Of a DNA stretch of 64,000 nucleotides, positions 27,486-37,831 are shown one piece after another. The position numbers were made by a program, and so were the translations under genes. A model generated the notes under the pieces. It worked only from the letters and a program-made list of their open reading frames with translations, had not been told where the DNA came from and made no database searches. The DNA is from Saprospiraceae bacterium (GTDB taxonomy: Bacteria; Bacteroidota; Bacteroidia; Chitinophagales; Saprospiraceae), in assembly GCA_020628085.1 (NCBI GenBank), contig JAHDFQ010000005.1:2327-66326 (forward strand), in the 5' to 3' direction. The number at the start of each line of letters is the position of its first letter. Position 1 is the first letter of the stretch.

Positions 27486-28889
27486 ATGATTAGATTAAAT
27501 TTAGTTAAAAACATTGTACTCCCTATTATTTGCATCTTTGCTATCAACACGTTACACGCACAGTGTGGCACATGGATTGGTTCTCCTAAAGAAGGAGCTG
27601 CAACCGATGCACATACGATTTATAGAGGGCAAATGAAATCTGAGGATCTAAGTGCCGCTTTTGAGCAATGGAAAATAGCTTATGACATCGCTCCAGCAGC
27701 AGACGGTCAGCGTGATTTTCACTATACCGACGGTATCAAAATTTATAAATACAAATTTAAGAACGAAACAGACGAGGCTAAGAAAAAAGAATATGCTGAT
27801 GCTATTATCCGGCTGTACAACGAAGCAAGAGAATGCTTTAAAAGTGGTGCTATTAAAATGAAAGGTGCAGACACTCGCGTGGGTTACCTTTTAGGAAGAG
27901 AAGGTTTTGATCGTTACTATGATTTGAGAACGCCTTATACAGAAACGTACAAAGTACTAAAGGAAGCGGTTGAAGTTGGTGGAAATAACACAGAATATAT
28001 TGTTTTGGCACCCTATGCAGATGTCGCTGTTTATATGTATACTAATGAATTGATTGACAAAGCAGAAGCGAGAGCAGTGCATGCGGCCATTAATGAAATT
28101 GGCGAGCATAATATTGTAAATAGTGAGTCTTATGGTGACTATTATCAGCAAGCATTGGACGCTGCCAACGGTTCTATTGCTCAAATCGAAGATAACATTT
28201 TTGACTGTGCGTATTTTATGCCCAAAATAAAGGCAGAGTATGAGGAAAATCCAGATGATCCAGAAACCATGGAAAATGCAATTCGAGAAATGAAACGAAG
28301 AGCTTGTCCAGCCGATGATGCTTTTTTGGTACAATTGGAAGCAAAATACTCAAAATATGCAGCTGCTGAAAATGCACGTCGCCAAGCAGAATTTGAAGCG
28401 AATAACCCAGGTATTCTAGCAAAAAAGGCATACGATGCAGGTGACTATAATGGAGCCGTAGCTAAATATCAAGAAGCAATCAACCAAGAGACAGATCCTA
28501 GTAAACAAGCAGATTATTATTTCCGTATGGCATCTGTACAAGGTCGAAAATTGAGCAAGTATAACGATGCTCGTGCAAATGCACGAAAAGCTGCGGATTT
28601 AAAATCAGGTTGGGGTCGTCCATATATGCTAATTGGTGATTTATATGCTAAATCAAGTCGAAATTGTGGTGATTCATTTATGCAACGTTGTGCCATTTTA
28701 GCTGCTATCGATAAATATGCTTATGCTAAATCTATTGATTCTAGTGTAGCAGATGAAGCAAGTTCTCGTATTAGCAAATATAATGCATCTAAACCTGACC
28801 AAGAGGCAGCCTTTATGCGTGGTTATACCAACGGTCAAAAGGTTAAAGTAAGCTGCTGGATTGGAGAAACAGTAACCTTACGATTCTAA
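27486..28889 (+). CDS. Secreted TPR-like helical-repeat protein (paralog A)
   Basis: Signal peptide MIRLNLVKNIVLPIICIFAINTLHAQ. Shares WKIAYDIAPAADGQRDFHYTDGIKIYKYK and the C-terminal GWGRPYMLIGDLYA...VSCWIGETVTL blocks with the 29518-30972 protein. ATG 27486 lies 2 nt after the upstream stop. Confidence 0.7.
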   Translation: MIRLNLVKNIVLPIICIFAINTLHAQCGTWIGSPKEGAATDAHTIYRGQMKSEDLSAAFEQWKIAYDIAPAADGQRDFHYTDGIKIYKYKFKNETDEAKKKEYADAIIRLYNEARECFKSGAIKMKGADTRVGYLLGREGFDRYYDLRTPYTETYKVLKEAVEVGGNNTEYIVLAPYADVAVYMYTNELIDKAEARAVHAAINEIGEHNIVNSESYGDYYQQALDAANGSIAQIEDNIFDCAYFMPKIKAEYEENPDDPETMENAIREMKRRACPADDAFLVQLEAKYSKYAAAENARRQAEFEANNPGILAKKAYDAGDYNGAVAKYQEAINQETDPSKQADYYFRMASVQGRKLSKYNDARANARKAADLKSGWGRPYMLIGDLYAKSSRNCGDSFMQRCAILAAIDKYAYAKSIDSSVADEASSRISKYNASKPDQEAAFMRGYTNGQKVKVSCWIGETVTLRF

Positions 28890-28916
28890 ATTATATATCC
28901 CATTAAATTTAACAAA

Positions 28917-28950
28917 AAAGCCTCGTTTACCTACTAAACGGGGCTTTTTT
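28917..28950 (+). terminator. Rho-independent terminator
   Basis: AAAGCCTCGTTTA / TAAACGGGGCTTT stem with one mismatch, followed by TTTTTT. Confidence 0.7.
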
Positions 28951-28980
28951 GCATCTATATCTTTTGTAATCATCAAACAC

Positions 28981-29307
28981 ATGGAAGAACCAGACGTTTA
29001 TGTTGAAGACATCTATAAACCAAATCGAAGAATTGGAAAAATCAATTTTAGATTTCTCTGTATATTGATTATTCTATCTCCTGGATTTGCTTTACTTGGC
29101 GGTGGAATTTTAGTACAAGCTTTATTATTTCGTAGATCTGAACTAGCATTTGGTTATCCACCAGAAGCATACTACCCGTTTGCTTTTGGAATATTGATGT
29201 TAATATTCTCCTATTTTATTTTTGTTATCTGTATAAATAGAATGCGAGATACAGGAAAACCAGTTTGGTATCTTCTAAGTAGTAGGTCAGAAAAATTAGT
29301 ATCATAA
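28981..29307 (+). CDS. Small membrane protein, DUF805-like
   Basis: 108 aa. RRIGKINFRFLCILII (GRI-R-x-x-F type N-terminus), two or three TMs, and INRMRDTGKPVWYLL resembling the DUF805 RRLHD-x-G-x-S-G-W motif. Confidence 0.5.
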   Translation: MEEPDVYVEDIYKPNRRIGKINFRFLCILIILSPGFALLGGGILVQALLFRRSELAFGYPPEAYYPFAFGILMLIFSYFIFVICINRMRDTGKPVWYLLSSRSEKLVS

Positions 29308-29517
29308 CCGCCTTCAAAACCTCCAAAAAAGTCATAAAAACTTCCTGACTGTCAGTATTTTACAACTTTTTTGAAGGTTGGCGTTATTATACAGGTAATT
29401 TTGTCCGACCGCTTAATTCCATTTTATAATTTATATTTACTTTTATTTACAGATTCATCAAGAAAACAATAATACTTCAAACCGATATTTTAATATCTAT
29501 ATTATAAAAGATTGCCT

Positions 29518-30972
29518 ATGAAAAAGTATGTTATAAATTTTTCACTACTTGCGTTTTTAATTATGCTATTAATAGCAGCCTGTACCCCAAAAGTTACTCA
29601 ACAAATTCCCGAGGCTCCAGCCAAGGAAGAAACAGCAGCGTCAGCATCTGTACTGGATGAAGACCTGAGTCCTTGTGGAAAATTCTCAGATGCAACCAGT
29701 CCTAGTGATGCGGAAACAGCACATGTTTTGTACCGTGATTTTCTTAAAAATAAAAATTGGACAGAAGCATTTGCATACTGGCAAAAAGCTTATGAAATGG
29801 CACCCGCTGCTGATGGAAAACGAGACTATCATTTTTTAGATGGTATTAAATTGTACGAACAAAAAATTAAAACAGAAACGGATACTGACAAACGTTTGGA
29901 ATACATCCAAAATATTTTTGATTTATACACAGAAGCCACTAAGTGCTATCCAGATAAAGCATCTATGTATAAAGGTTTAAAGGCGTTCAAACTCTATTAT
30001 TCATACCGAGATCAGGCAACGGATATGGAGATTTATCAGCAATTTAAAGAAGTTATTGATACAGAAGGTGAAGAAACAGCTGATTTTGTGATAAACCCAT
30101 TTACTGCGTTGATGACTGATTTATATTTGGCAGAAAAAATACCAATGACAGAGGCACAGACATACGCTCAGAAAATTAGCCAAGCTATTGATTACGGAAC
30201 AGAAAATTGTAAAACACCTAAAGCTTGTGATCGCTGGGATATTGTGGAAGGCTATGCGCCTGTTCGTTTGGAGGAAATGGAAGGTGTAGACGGTTTTTAT
30301 GATTGCGATTATTATAAAAATAAATATTTAGCAGAATTGGAAGCCAATCCAGATAGTTGTGAGTTGATTGCTACTGTTTATAGTCGCTTGAAATGGGGAA
30401 AATGTGCCGAAACAGATCCTGTTTTAGTTAATTTAAAGCCACAAGTCTTAAAATGTTATCCACCAGAACCCCCAAGCAGCCCAACCGTTTATTGTAAAAA
30501 TTTATTACAAGATGGAGATTATAAAAGTGCGATCTCTTGTTATGAAGAAAAAGCGGAGGCTTCTACGGATACGGAAAAAAAAGCTCAATACTACTTGACG
30601 ATTGCTAAAATATATTATGCGCATTTGAAAAGTTTTTCTAAAGCTCGAACATATGCTCGATATGCACTAGACAACAAACCTAATTGGGGGGCGCCTCGTA
30701 TTTTGATTGGAAAGTTGTATGCTTCTAGCGGACCTCTTTGTGGGCCAGGTCGAGGTTTTGATAGTCAGATTGTGACTTGGCCTGCTATCGACGAGTGGAA
30801 CAAAGCCAAACGTGATCCAGAGGCTGCGGCAGAGGCTCGTAAACTTATCAATAGATATAGTCAATTTATGCCTAGCAAGGAAGATATCTTTATCCGAAAC
30901 TTAAAAGTAGGTGATACCTATAAAGTACCTTGTTGGATTCAACAGAACACGACAATTAGAACGGCGGATTAG
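29518..30972 (+). CDS. TPR-like helical-repeat lipoprotein (paralog B)
   Basis: Lipobox LLIAAC. WQKAYEMAPAADGKRDYHFLDGIKLYEQK and NWGAPRILIGKLYA...VPCWIQQNTTI align with paralog A. Confidence 0.7.
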   Translation: MKKYVINFSLLAFLIMLLIAACTPKVTQQIPEAPAKEETAASASVLDEDLSPCGKFSDATSPSDAETAHVLYRDFLKNKNWTEAFAYWQKAYEMAPAADGKRDYHFLDGIKLYEQKIKTETDTDKRLEYIQNIFDLYTEATKCYPDKASMYKGLKAFKLYYSYRDQATDMEIYQQFKEVIDTEGEETADFVINPFTALMTDLYLAEKIPMTEAQTYAQKISQAIDYGTENCKTPKACDRWDIVEGYAPVRLEEMEGVDGFYDCDYYKNKYLAELEANPDSCELIATVYSRLKWGKCAETDPVLVNLKPQVLKCYPPEPPSSPTVYCKNLLQDGDYKSAISCYEEKAEASTDTEKKAQYYLTIAKIYYAHLKSFSKARTYARYALDNKPNWGAPRILIGKLYASSGPLCGPGRGFDSQIVTWPAIDEWNKAKRDPEAAAEARKLINRYSQFMPSKEDIFIRNLKVGDTYKVPCWIQQNTTIRTAD

Positions 30973-30979
30973 AAATAGA

Positions 30980-31014
30980 AATGGCGATTGAGTTAAAACT
31001 CAATCGCCATTTTT
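30980..31014. terminator. Bidirectional terminator between convergent genes
   Basis: AATGGCGATTGAG / CTCAATCGCCATT form a 13-bp perfect stem with T-rich flanks on both strands. Confidence 0.75.
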
Positions 31015-31059
31015 AATTACTTACTTATTTGATTTTCATGTCAAAATAACTAAGCTATA

Positions 31060-31902
31060 TTATTTAGGTGTATAAACAGAAACTGCGTTTTCACCATATC
31101 CTTCCGCCGTCCAACTGATTGTAATAACACCAGTTTCAGGATTAACAGAATTTGTTCCATCTTCTGTCATAACTAATGGTCCATAGGGGTCAACTTGATC
31201 CGACCAAACAATATTACCACAAACTTCTGCAAATTCAACTTCGTTCAGTGGTCCTGTATTGTAAGCCTCATTGTAAGGTCCTGTTCCATACAATCCACCA
31301 GAGAAATCAGTAGTAGTATAATTACCATTATCCAATTTTGTGATCGTCATATCCATTGTATTGGTAGCATAATCTGGTAAAAAGTCATGGAAACCATAAG
31401 TCGTAGTTACCGTATACTCGCCTTCTAATGCAGAAGGACAAGAAGCCAATAAATTAAGTGGAGCAGAAGAATAAGTACCTGTTTGAGTATCGGCTCTTAA
31501 GATAAACTGGAAATTATCTCCAACGTCAACACCATCTATGTCAATACCTAATGCACTTGCTACATCTGTTAATGACACATTAATATCACTTGGTATATTT
31601 ACATCTCCTAATGAGACTGCATCTACACTGCCCTGTGCACCTGAATAAGAAACAAATAGCTCACCAGTTGAAGCAGATTCTCCTGCTATAGCTGTACTCA
31701 AGCTATTAGCTGCATTGTCTAAGTCTATCAAGTTAAAAAAACCTGGTGCTGGACTCAATAATGAAGGAAGTGCTCCTTCTACATTAAATAATCCATCGTC
31801 CTCTTGTGTAGCCGGGAAATAGTCCTCTTCACAAGAAGTAAACATTGTTCCAACAACTAAGCAGAAAACGAAGAATTTTATAGTATTACTATATATTTTC
31901 AT
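31060..31902 (-). CDS. Hypothetical surface lipoprotein in the SusC/D operon (SusE/F position)
   Basis: Lipobox VGTMFTSC. Gly/Ser/Thr/Asp-rich, 280 aa. It is the last gene of the SusC-SusD string. Confidence 0.6.
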   Translation of the reverse strand: MKIYSNTIKFFVFCLVVGTMFTSCEEDYFPATQEDDGLFNVEGALPSLLSPAPGFFNLIDLDNAANSLSTAIAGESASTGELFVSYSGAQGSVDAVSLGDVNIPSDINVSLTDVASALGIDIDGVDVGDNFQFILRADTQTGTYSSAPLNLLASCPSALEGEYTVTTTYGFHDFLPDYATNTMDMTITKLDNGNYTTTDFSGGLYGTGPYNEAYNTGPLNEVEFAEVCGNIVWSDQVDPYGPLVMTEDGTNSVNPETGVITISWTAEGYGENAVSVYTPK

Positions 31903-31908
31903 TTTTGA

Positions 31909-32613
31909 TTACTTTAAATAATTTATTAATGCTATCAAATCTTCTTCACTTTTCATATCAATTTTATGTGTTTGAAGATATTTTGATAACTGTTTTTGTC
32001 CTGAGAATTTCTTCATTGCTTTTTTTCTATTTTTTGGTAGCAATAAAAATTCTCCATCAATACCAATGTAGTACACTTCAGATTTTATAACCCGATCATT
32101 GACACTACCTTGATCTAATGCAGGTTGATAATTGGATTTTGCAATTTTATAGGTTACAACTTTATATAAAGTTGCATTTTCATTGTCTTCAATGATCTCT
32201 CCTAATTCAAGTCTTTGATCTTCTGATATAATTTTACGAAACTTACGTTTAGTATACTCACCTATCTTAGATAGATCAGCGACTAATAACTCCTTCGCAT
32301 CTTGTAAAAAAAGACCATAATCTTGTCCAGCAGACCTCAATATAAATTGTCGGGTATTAATATTGTAATTTAAAGATTCTACATCAATCGGTGCAGTGTT
32401 ATCTTCAAAAAAAACGATACCATTTTTCCAATTATCAAACAAGAGAAAAGAACCACCAAGGTCATACGAACGATTATCAAACGTTTGAACACCTGACTGT
32501 TGAAGTCTAGTTGTATTCATATTTTCCATTATTCCTACTTTCTTGCTCTGTCCAAATATCGTTAAGCTATGTATCAAAAGTAACAGTAATGTTAATAATT
32601 TTAAATTTTTCAT
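31909..32613 (-). CDS. Hypothetical secreted protein
   Basis: Signal peptide MKNLKLLTLLLLLIHSLTIFGQ. 234 aa, with no recognised domain. Sits between SusD and the lipoprotein. Confidence 0.6.
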   Translation of the reverse strand: MKNLKLLTLLLLLIHSLTIFGQSKKVGIMENMNTTRLQQSGVQTFDNRSYDLGGSFLLFDNWKNGIVFFEDNTAPIDVESLNYNINTRQFILRSAGQDYGLFLQDAKELLVADLSKIGEYTKRKFRKIISEDQRLELGEIIEDNENATLYKVVTYKIAKSNYQPALDQGSVNDRVIKSEVYYIGIDGEFLLLPKNRKKAMKKFSGQKQLSKYLQTHKIDMKSEEDLIALINYLK

Positions 32614-32652
32614 ATTGGTGGTTCTTTCTAATTTTTTAAAAATCTATTATTC

Positions 32653-34092
32653 TTACTCAAATGCCCAAACAGGTACATCTAATAATGCACCTTGTTGACG
32701 ACTTTGAGCTGCTTCTAAATTCGTAGCATTTGTTTGTACTTCACTCGCTACATATAGAAAACGTCGAGGTATAACTAACGAAGGATTCAAACCTTCACTA
32801 GCACCTGCACTAGGAGTAAGTTCTGGGAAACCTGTTCTTCTAAAGTTTGACCATGTTTCGTGGAAGTTAAAGCCATAGTATGCTTTATATGCTTCTTCAA
32901 CAATTTCTTGAACATTACCTGTTCCAGCATTAGCTGCAATATAATTATCTATTTCTTCACCAATTGTAATAGTATCCATAGCAGGAGTAATAAACTCAGC
33001 TGATCTATCAAATTGTAATAAATCATAACTAGCATTTATCGCATCAGCTAACATACCTGGTGCAGCACCATTTAACTGAGCATTTGCTTCCGCCTTGATA
33101 AACATCAACTCTACATATGAAATCATAGGAATAGATGCTGCATTTTGTGCCCAAAACATATTTCCGCCACTTGGATCATCAAAGAAAGAATACGTAATAA
33201 TACCGTCTTCTTCCGATGCAATATTAAAGTATAAATCAGCTCTCAAATCACCTGCCATCATATCGGCAAAGCGATTGTCAATTCCTAAAGTTGAAGGACG
33301 ATCTACACCGAATTTAGCTAATGACCAGTTACCTATCTGTGTATCATCAAATGTAAAAAATGGTGCTTCTGCATTAGATGTAAAAGACATATCTACCTGA
33401 GCAATTGCATTTGCAAAATCACCACTATTACGCTTAGATGTGTGCATATAATAACGTGCTTTGTAAGCATGGGCTGTCTTTTCCCAAGACGCTATATCTC
33501 CACCAAATACTAAATCACCTCCAATAAAACCTCCGTCACCTTCTAAGCCATTCAATTCTGAAATAGCTTCATCTAATAATGTTTGAACAGAAGTATAAAT
33601 AGCCTCCTGTGTATCGTAAGCAGGATTCAAGTTTTCAGCTCCTTGAAATGCCTCAGAATATGGAATATCACCAAACATAGACGCTGCTTTTCCTAATTCA
33701 TTTGCCATAACTATTTTAGCTACAGCACCATAAAAAGGACGCTCATCTACTACCGCTTGTTTGATAATTACATCACAACTTTTTAGTACACCAGCATATA
33801 AACCAGTTCTCCAAAAGTTATCCATTACATCAGATGTAAGGACATAATCATTATAAGCTAACTGTTGAGCATCTAGCCCCACTAATTGTTGCATAATGAT
33901 ACCTGCAATCCTATTTGGATTTGTTCCTTCATTGTAAGCGGAAGAAGACAGAATTTCAGGCATTAATAAATTCAACGTCACCTCAGTAGGATTCGTTGGA
34001 TCAATATTGTACTCGGCCAAAGATTCTTCACATGATGTTGAAAACAGCATCAATCCAAGAAAAACCAATGGCAAAAGGAATATTTTTTTCAT
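32653..34092 (-). CDS. SusD/RagB family nutrient-binding outer-membrane lipoprotein
   Basis: Lipobox LFSTSC. 479 aa helical protein immediately downstream of a SusC-type receptor, with a C-terminal ...PVWAFE typical of the family. Confidence 0.85.
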   Translation of the reverse strand: MKKIFLLPLVFLGLMLFSTSCEESLAEYNIDPTNPTEVTLNLLMPEILSSSAYNEGTNPNRIAGIIMQQLVGLDAQQLAYNDYVLTSDVMDNFWRTGLYAGVLKSCDVIIKQAVVDERPFYGAVAKIVMANELGKAASMFGDIPYSEAFQGAENLNPAYDTQEAIYTSVQTLLDEAISELNGLEGDGGFIGGDLVFGGDIASWEKTAHAYKARYYMHTSKRNSGDFANAIAQVDMSFTSNAEAPFFTFDDTQIGNWSLAKFGVDRPSTLGIDNRFADMMAGDLRADLYFNIASEEDGIITYSFFDDPSGGNMFWAQNAASIPMISYVELMFIKAEANAQLNGAAPGMLADAINASYDLLQFDRSAEFITPAMDTITIGEEIDNYIAANAGTGNVQEIVEEAYKAYYGFNFHETWSNFRRTGFPELTPSAGASEGLNPSLVIPRRFLYVASEVQTNATNLEAAQSRQQGALLDVPVWAFE

Positions 34093-34151
34093 ATTTTCTT
34101 TATTTATTCATTCAAAAAACAAAGTTTGTTAATTGAAAAATTTTCTTTTAA

Positions 34152-37100
34152 TTAAAATTTAAGTTTTACTGATGCCGTATAACTTCTAGTGTTTGGCATA
34201 TTAAAGTAATCTAATCCATAACCATTAGAATCACCTGTTAAGTTGGTTTCTGGATCAACACCAGGATAATCCGTGTTTAACCAAAGGTTACGACCAGCAA
34301 GTGAAATAACTACACTATCAAAAGAATCTCCTAAGATACTTTTTGGTAAAGCATACGATAAACTCAACTCACGTAAACGCAACCAAGATGTATCAAAAAT
34401 ACTCATTTCTGAAATACCTCCAAAACCGTAACGAACTCGGTAGAAGCTAGTGTAACTAGCTGCTGGATCAGCACTTGCTAATGCTACTGCTTGTGTATTT
34501 GGAACATATGTTGGATTCTCATCACTCCCTGTGTTCACAACACCATCAAACACAACTACATCACCTCTTTCATCGGCAGATAATGCAGATGTTCCAAAGT
34601 AATCCATAATTCCACAAGTACCACACCAAGTATCTCCACCTTGGCGGAAATCCAATAATGCAGATAATGTTAATCCTTTGAAGCTAAATGTATTACGTAA
34701 TCCCATTGTCCAATCTGGATTTGGATCACCCAAAGCTCTTCTAGTATCATCTTGTAAAGGCCAACCATTAGAACCAATAATTAATTCACCATCTTCTGTA
34801 CGTTGGAAGGCATCACCAAAAATAACTGAATATGGTAAACCTGCCACTAAATCAGCTGATGTTGACGTAAATCCATTCAATCCATAATTATCAACTCCTT
34901 CTGCTAATGCCTCTACAGTATTCTCCATAGCAGTGAAGTTTGCTGCTATATTCCACTCAAATCCATTTGATAAACGAACAGGTGTCGCATCAGCAACTAA
35001 CTCTAAACCTACATTAGAAATCTCTGCCACATTTGTAAAGAATCGTGCAAAACCAGAAGCCGCAGATACTTCTAATGGTAAGATGACATCTGTAGATTGT
35101 GCATCATAGTAAGTTACGTCAAAGCCTAAACGACCTTTAAAGAATTTAAACTCACCTCCAACTTCAAACGTAGATGTCGTTTCTGGTCTCAAATTAGGGT
35201 TTCCTAAATCTTCATCTCTTTCAAAAGCGTTTACACCAAAAGCAGGGTATTCAACTTGATTGTTAAAAAATCCGTCACCACCTGATTCTGCTTGTGTGAA
35301 TACATTGTTTGTAGCATAAATTGGAGCATCCAATCCTACTACACCATAAGAAACACGAGCCTTACCATAATCGAACCAAGATGGCTTATTGTCCATTAAT
35401 TCAGAAAATGCAAACCCTAAACTTGCTGAATATGACTGATAAGCATTATTATCTTCTGGTAAAGTAGAAGACCAGTCATTACGAGCAGTAACATTTAAGA
35501 ATAAGAAATCATATAATCCTACATCCGCCGTTAAATAGACTCCGTGGATTCTTCTTCTTTCGATAAATTCAAAGGCTTGTAAATCTGTGGTATTCGAGAT
35601 GTGATAAAACTGAGGAATTGAGTTAGTTGTACCAATTGTTTCTTGGTTATTATATCTCGTTTGGAATACATTATAACCAGCTAATACATTCAAACTAACA
35701 TCGTCATTCAAATAGGTGTTATAGTTCAACGTCAAATCTGAATTCAAGTCTTCTTGTGTAATTTTAGACTGTCTTACTTCTCCTGGAACTGGTCGGAAAG
35801 CGTTTGTTTGTATATCGAATGCGCTATTACGTTGGTCTGTGTAAGTATCAATACCTAATTTATAGCCTAGTGTCAATTCATCTGTAAACTTATAATTAGC
35901 ACTAACATTACCAATCAGACGATTTACATTATCTCTAAAAGGGTTACGATTGACTGTCCAGTAAGGGTTGTCGTAAATACCATTACGGTAAGAACGCAAA
36001 TCACCATTAGCTAATACATAAGCTTCTTCATTATTTACAGGATCAGAAACACCATTCGCGTTATCAAATGTTGGTGTTGTACGCAATAAACCTAACATAA
36101 CACCATTTAAGTTAGAACCACGCTGAACACGATCTCCACCAGAGTTAACAAAATTTGCAGACATACCAATATTTAATTTGTCTGTCAAATCTGCATCTGT
36201 GTTGACACGGAATGATGTTCTTGCGAACGTAGAATTTGGTACGACACCTGTAGACTCTAATCGTCCACCAGAAATATAGTAACGTACTTTATCCGTTCCA
36301 CCCGCAACAGACGCATTTAAATCATATGTATTTCCTGTTTGGAAGAAATCATAAGGATCATAAGCGTTTGCAGGCTGTCCATTTCCTGTACCAGCAGGAA
36401 CTAAGGAACCATTACGGTCAAATTCTGTAGGTACTCCATCATATTCTAAGTCAGAGATAAGTGGCCCCCAGCTAAATCCTTCAGCCGTTGTTGGTCCACG
36501 ATAAATTGGTACTCCACCTGATACACGACCTTGTGCATATGTATTTTGACGTGCAGGTAATTTGTTTACTTCATCGGCAGAATAAGCCATTGAGATACTT
36601 ACTCTTGGTTTTCCTTCAGAACCTCGTTTTGTTGTAACGATTATCGCTCCGTTTGCTGCACGTACACCATATAATGCGGTTGCTGCTGCACCTTTTAGTA
36701 CAGTTAAAGAAGCAATATCATTAGGATTCAAATCAATAGCACGGTTCGATTGGTCTACACCATCTACATCATTACCCACCGAAGAGTTATCAATAGGCAC
36801 ACCATCCACTACAAAAAGTGGTGAGTTACTTCCCAAGATAGAGATACTTCCTCGAATACGAATGTTGGAAGATGCTCCTGGAGAACCAGAAGAACTTACA
36901 ACAGAAACACCCGCTACTTTAGAGTTTAATGCATCTACAAGGTTAACCTCACGAGCACTAATAACCTCTTCAGCATCTAAGTTCTGAAGTGAATAACCTA
37001 AACGAGCTTTGTTTTTTTCCAATCCACCTGCTACTACTACTACTTCGTCCAAAATCTGACCTTCAGCCAACTGAATAGCCACGGTAGATTGACCTGTAAT

Positions 37101-37346
37101 GTCTACTTCTTGTGTACTGTAACCTGTGTAGCTAACCACCAACATGTTACTTTCGGCAGGAACATTGAGAGAGAAACTACCATCAATGTCTGATACTGTA
37201 CCGGCAGAAGTTCCTTTAGCTAGTAAACTAGCTCCAATTAAGGGTTCTCCTGACTCATCTGTAACTGTTCCTGAGATAGTTCTTTGCGCGATCATTGTTG
37301 CCACGGCAAAGATTACCATCACTAAAACTAGTGAGAGTTTTTTCAT
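34152..37346 (-). CDS. SusC/RagA family TonB-dependent outer-membrane transporter
   Basis: 1064 aa. Signal peptide, then a CarboxypepD_reg domain (TISGTVTDESGEPLIGASLLAKGTSAGTVSDIDGSFSL), a plug (LNSKVAGVSV..., NIRIRGSISI, PLFVVDGVPI) and a C-terminal ...SVKLKF. Confidence 0.93.
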   Translation of the reverse strand: MKKLSLVLVMVIFAVATMIAQRTISGTVTDESGEPLIGASLLAKGTSAGTVSDIDGSFSLNVPAESNMLVVSYTGYSTQEVDITGQSTVAIQLAEGQILDEVVVVAGGLEKNKARLGYSLQNLDAEEVISAREVNLVDALNSKVAGVSVVSSSGSPGASSNIRIRGSISILGSNSPLFVVDGVPIDNSSVGNDVDGVDQSNRAIDLNPNDIASLTVLKGAAATALYGVRAANGAIIVTTKRGSEGKPRVSISMAYSADEVNKLPARQNTYAQGRVSGGVPIYRGPTTAEGFSWGPLISDLEYDGVPTEFDRNGSLVPAGTGNGQPANAYDPYDFFQTGNTYDLNASVAGGTDKVRYYISGGRLESTGVVPNSTFARTSFRVNTDADLTDKLNIGMSANFVNSGGDRVQRGSNLNGVMLGLLRTTPTFDNANGVSDPVNNEEAYVLANGDLRSYRNGIYDNPYWTVNRNPFRDNVNRLIGNVSANYKFTDELTLGYKLGIDTYTDQRNSAFDIQTNAFRPVPGEVRQSKITQEDLNSDLTLNYNTYLNDDVSLNVLAGYNVFQTRYNNQETIGTTNSIPQFYHISNTTDLQAFEFIERRRIHGVYLTADVGLYDFLFLNVTARNDWSSTLPEDNNAYQSYSASLGFAFSELMDNKPSWFDYGKARVSYGVVGLDAPIYATNNVFTQAESGGDGFFNNQVEYPAFGVNAFERDEDLGNPNLRPETTSTFEVGGEFKFFKGRLGFDVTYYDAQSTDVILPLEVSAASGFARFFTNVAEISNVGLELVADATPVRLSNGFEWNIAANFTAMENTVEALAEGVDNYGLNGFTSTSADLVAGLPYSVIFGDAFQRTEDGELIIGSNGWPLQDDTRRALGDPNPDWTMGLRNTFSFKGLTLSALLDFRQGGDTWCGTCGIMDYFGTSALSADERGDVVVFDGVVNTGSDENPTYVPNTQAVALASADPAASYTSFYRVRYGFGGISEMSIFDTSWLRLRELSLSYALPKSILGDSFDSVVISLAGRNLWLNTDYPGVDPETNLTGDSNGYGLDYFNMPNTRSYTASVKLKF

Positions 37347-37831
37347 ACTAATCCAATTTTGTTAATTAAAAAATAATCCAATTAAAAATCAAAAATAATC
37401 GTTTTGTTAAATATTCCTTAAAAACTTTACTTTTTTTTAATGTAAAATTTATAGAAGTCTAGTTTGAACTTCCAAGATTAAGGTTCTATTTAATTTGTAA
37501 AACGATATATTTTTTCTTACTAAAATATCTTATCTGTTATATATGATTTTATTTAAATATACTGATACCATTCATTCACAATACACTAGATATATTGCAA
37601 ACAAAATCTTTGTATGCTTATTTTATGATATCAGATTAACAGCGGGTCAGCTGATTTAGAAGATGACTACTACACAACAATCTATGGTTGCTACTATAAC
37701 GAAATGATCTGAAAATATGCTTCGTTATGTTAATTTTCTTAACAAATATAGCATTTTTATATTTCCATAGTAGTTTATATAAAAATTAATTCGTCTATGC
37801 CTTTAAAATAAAGTTGAAAACTTTGCTATGA

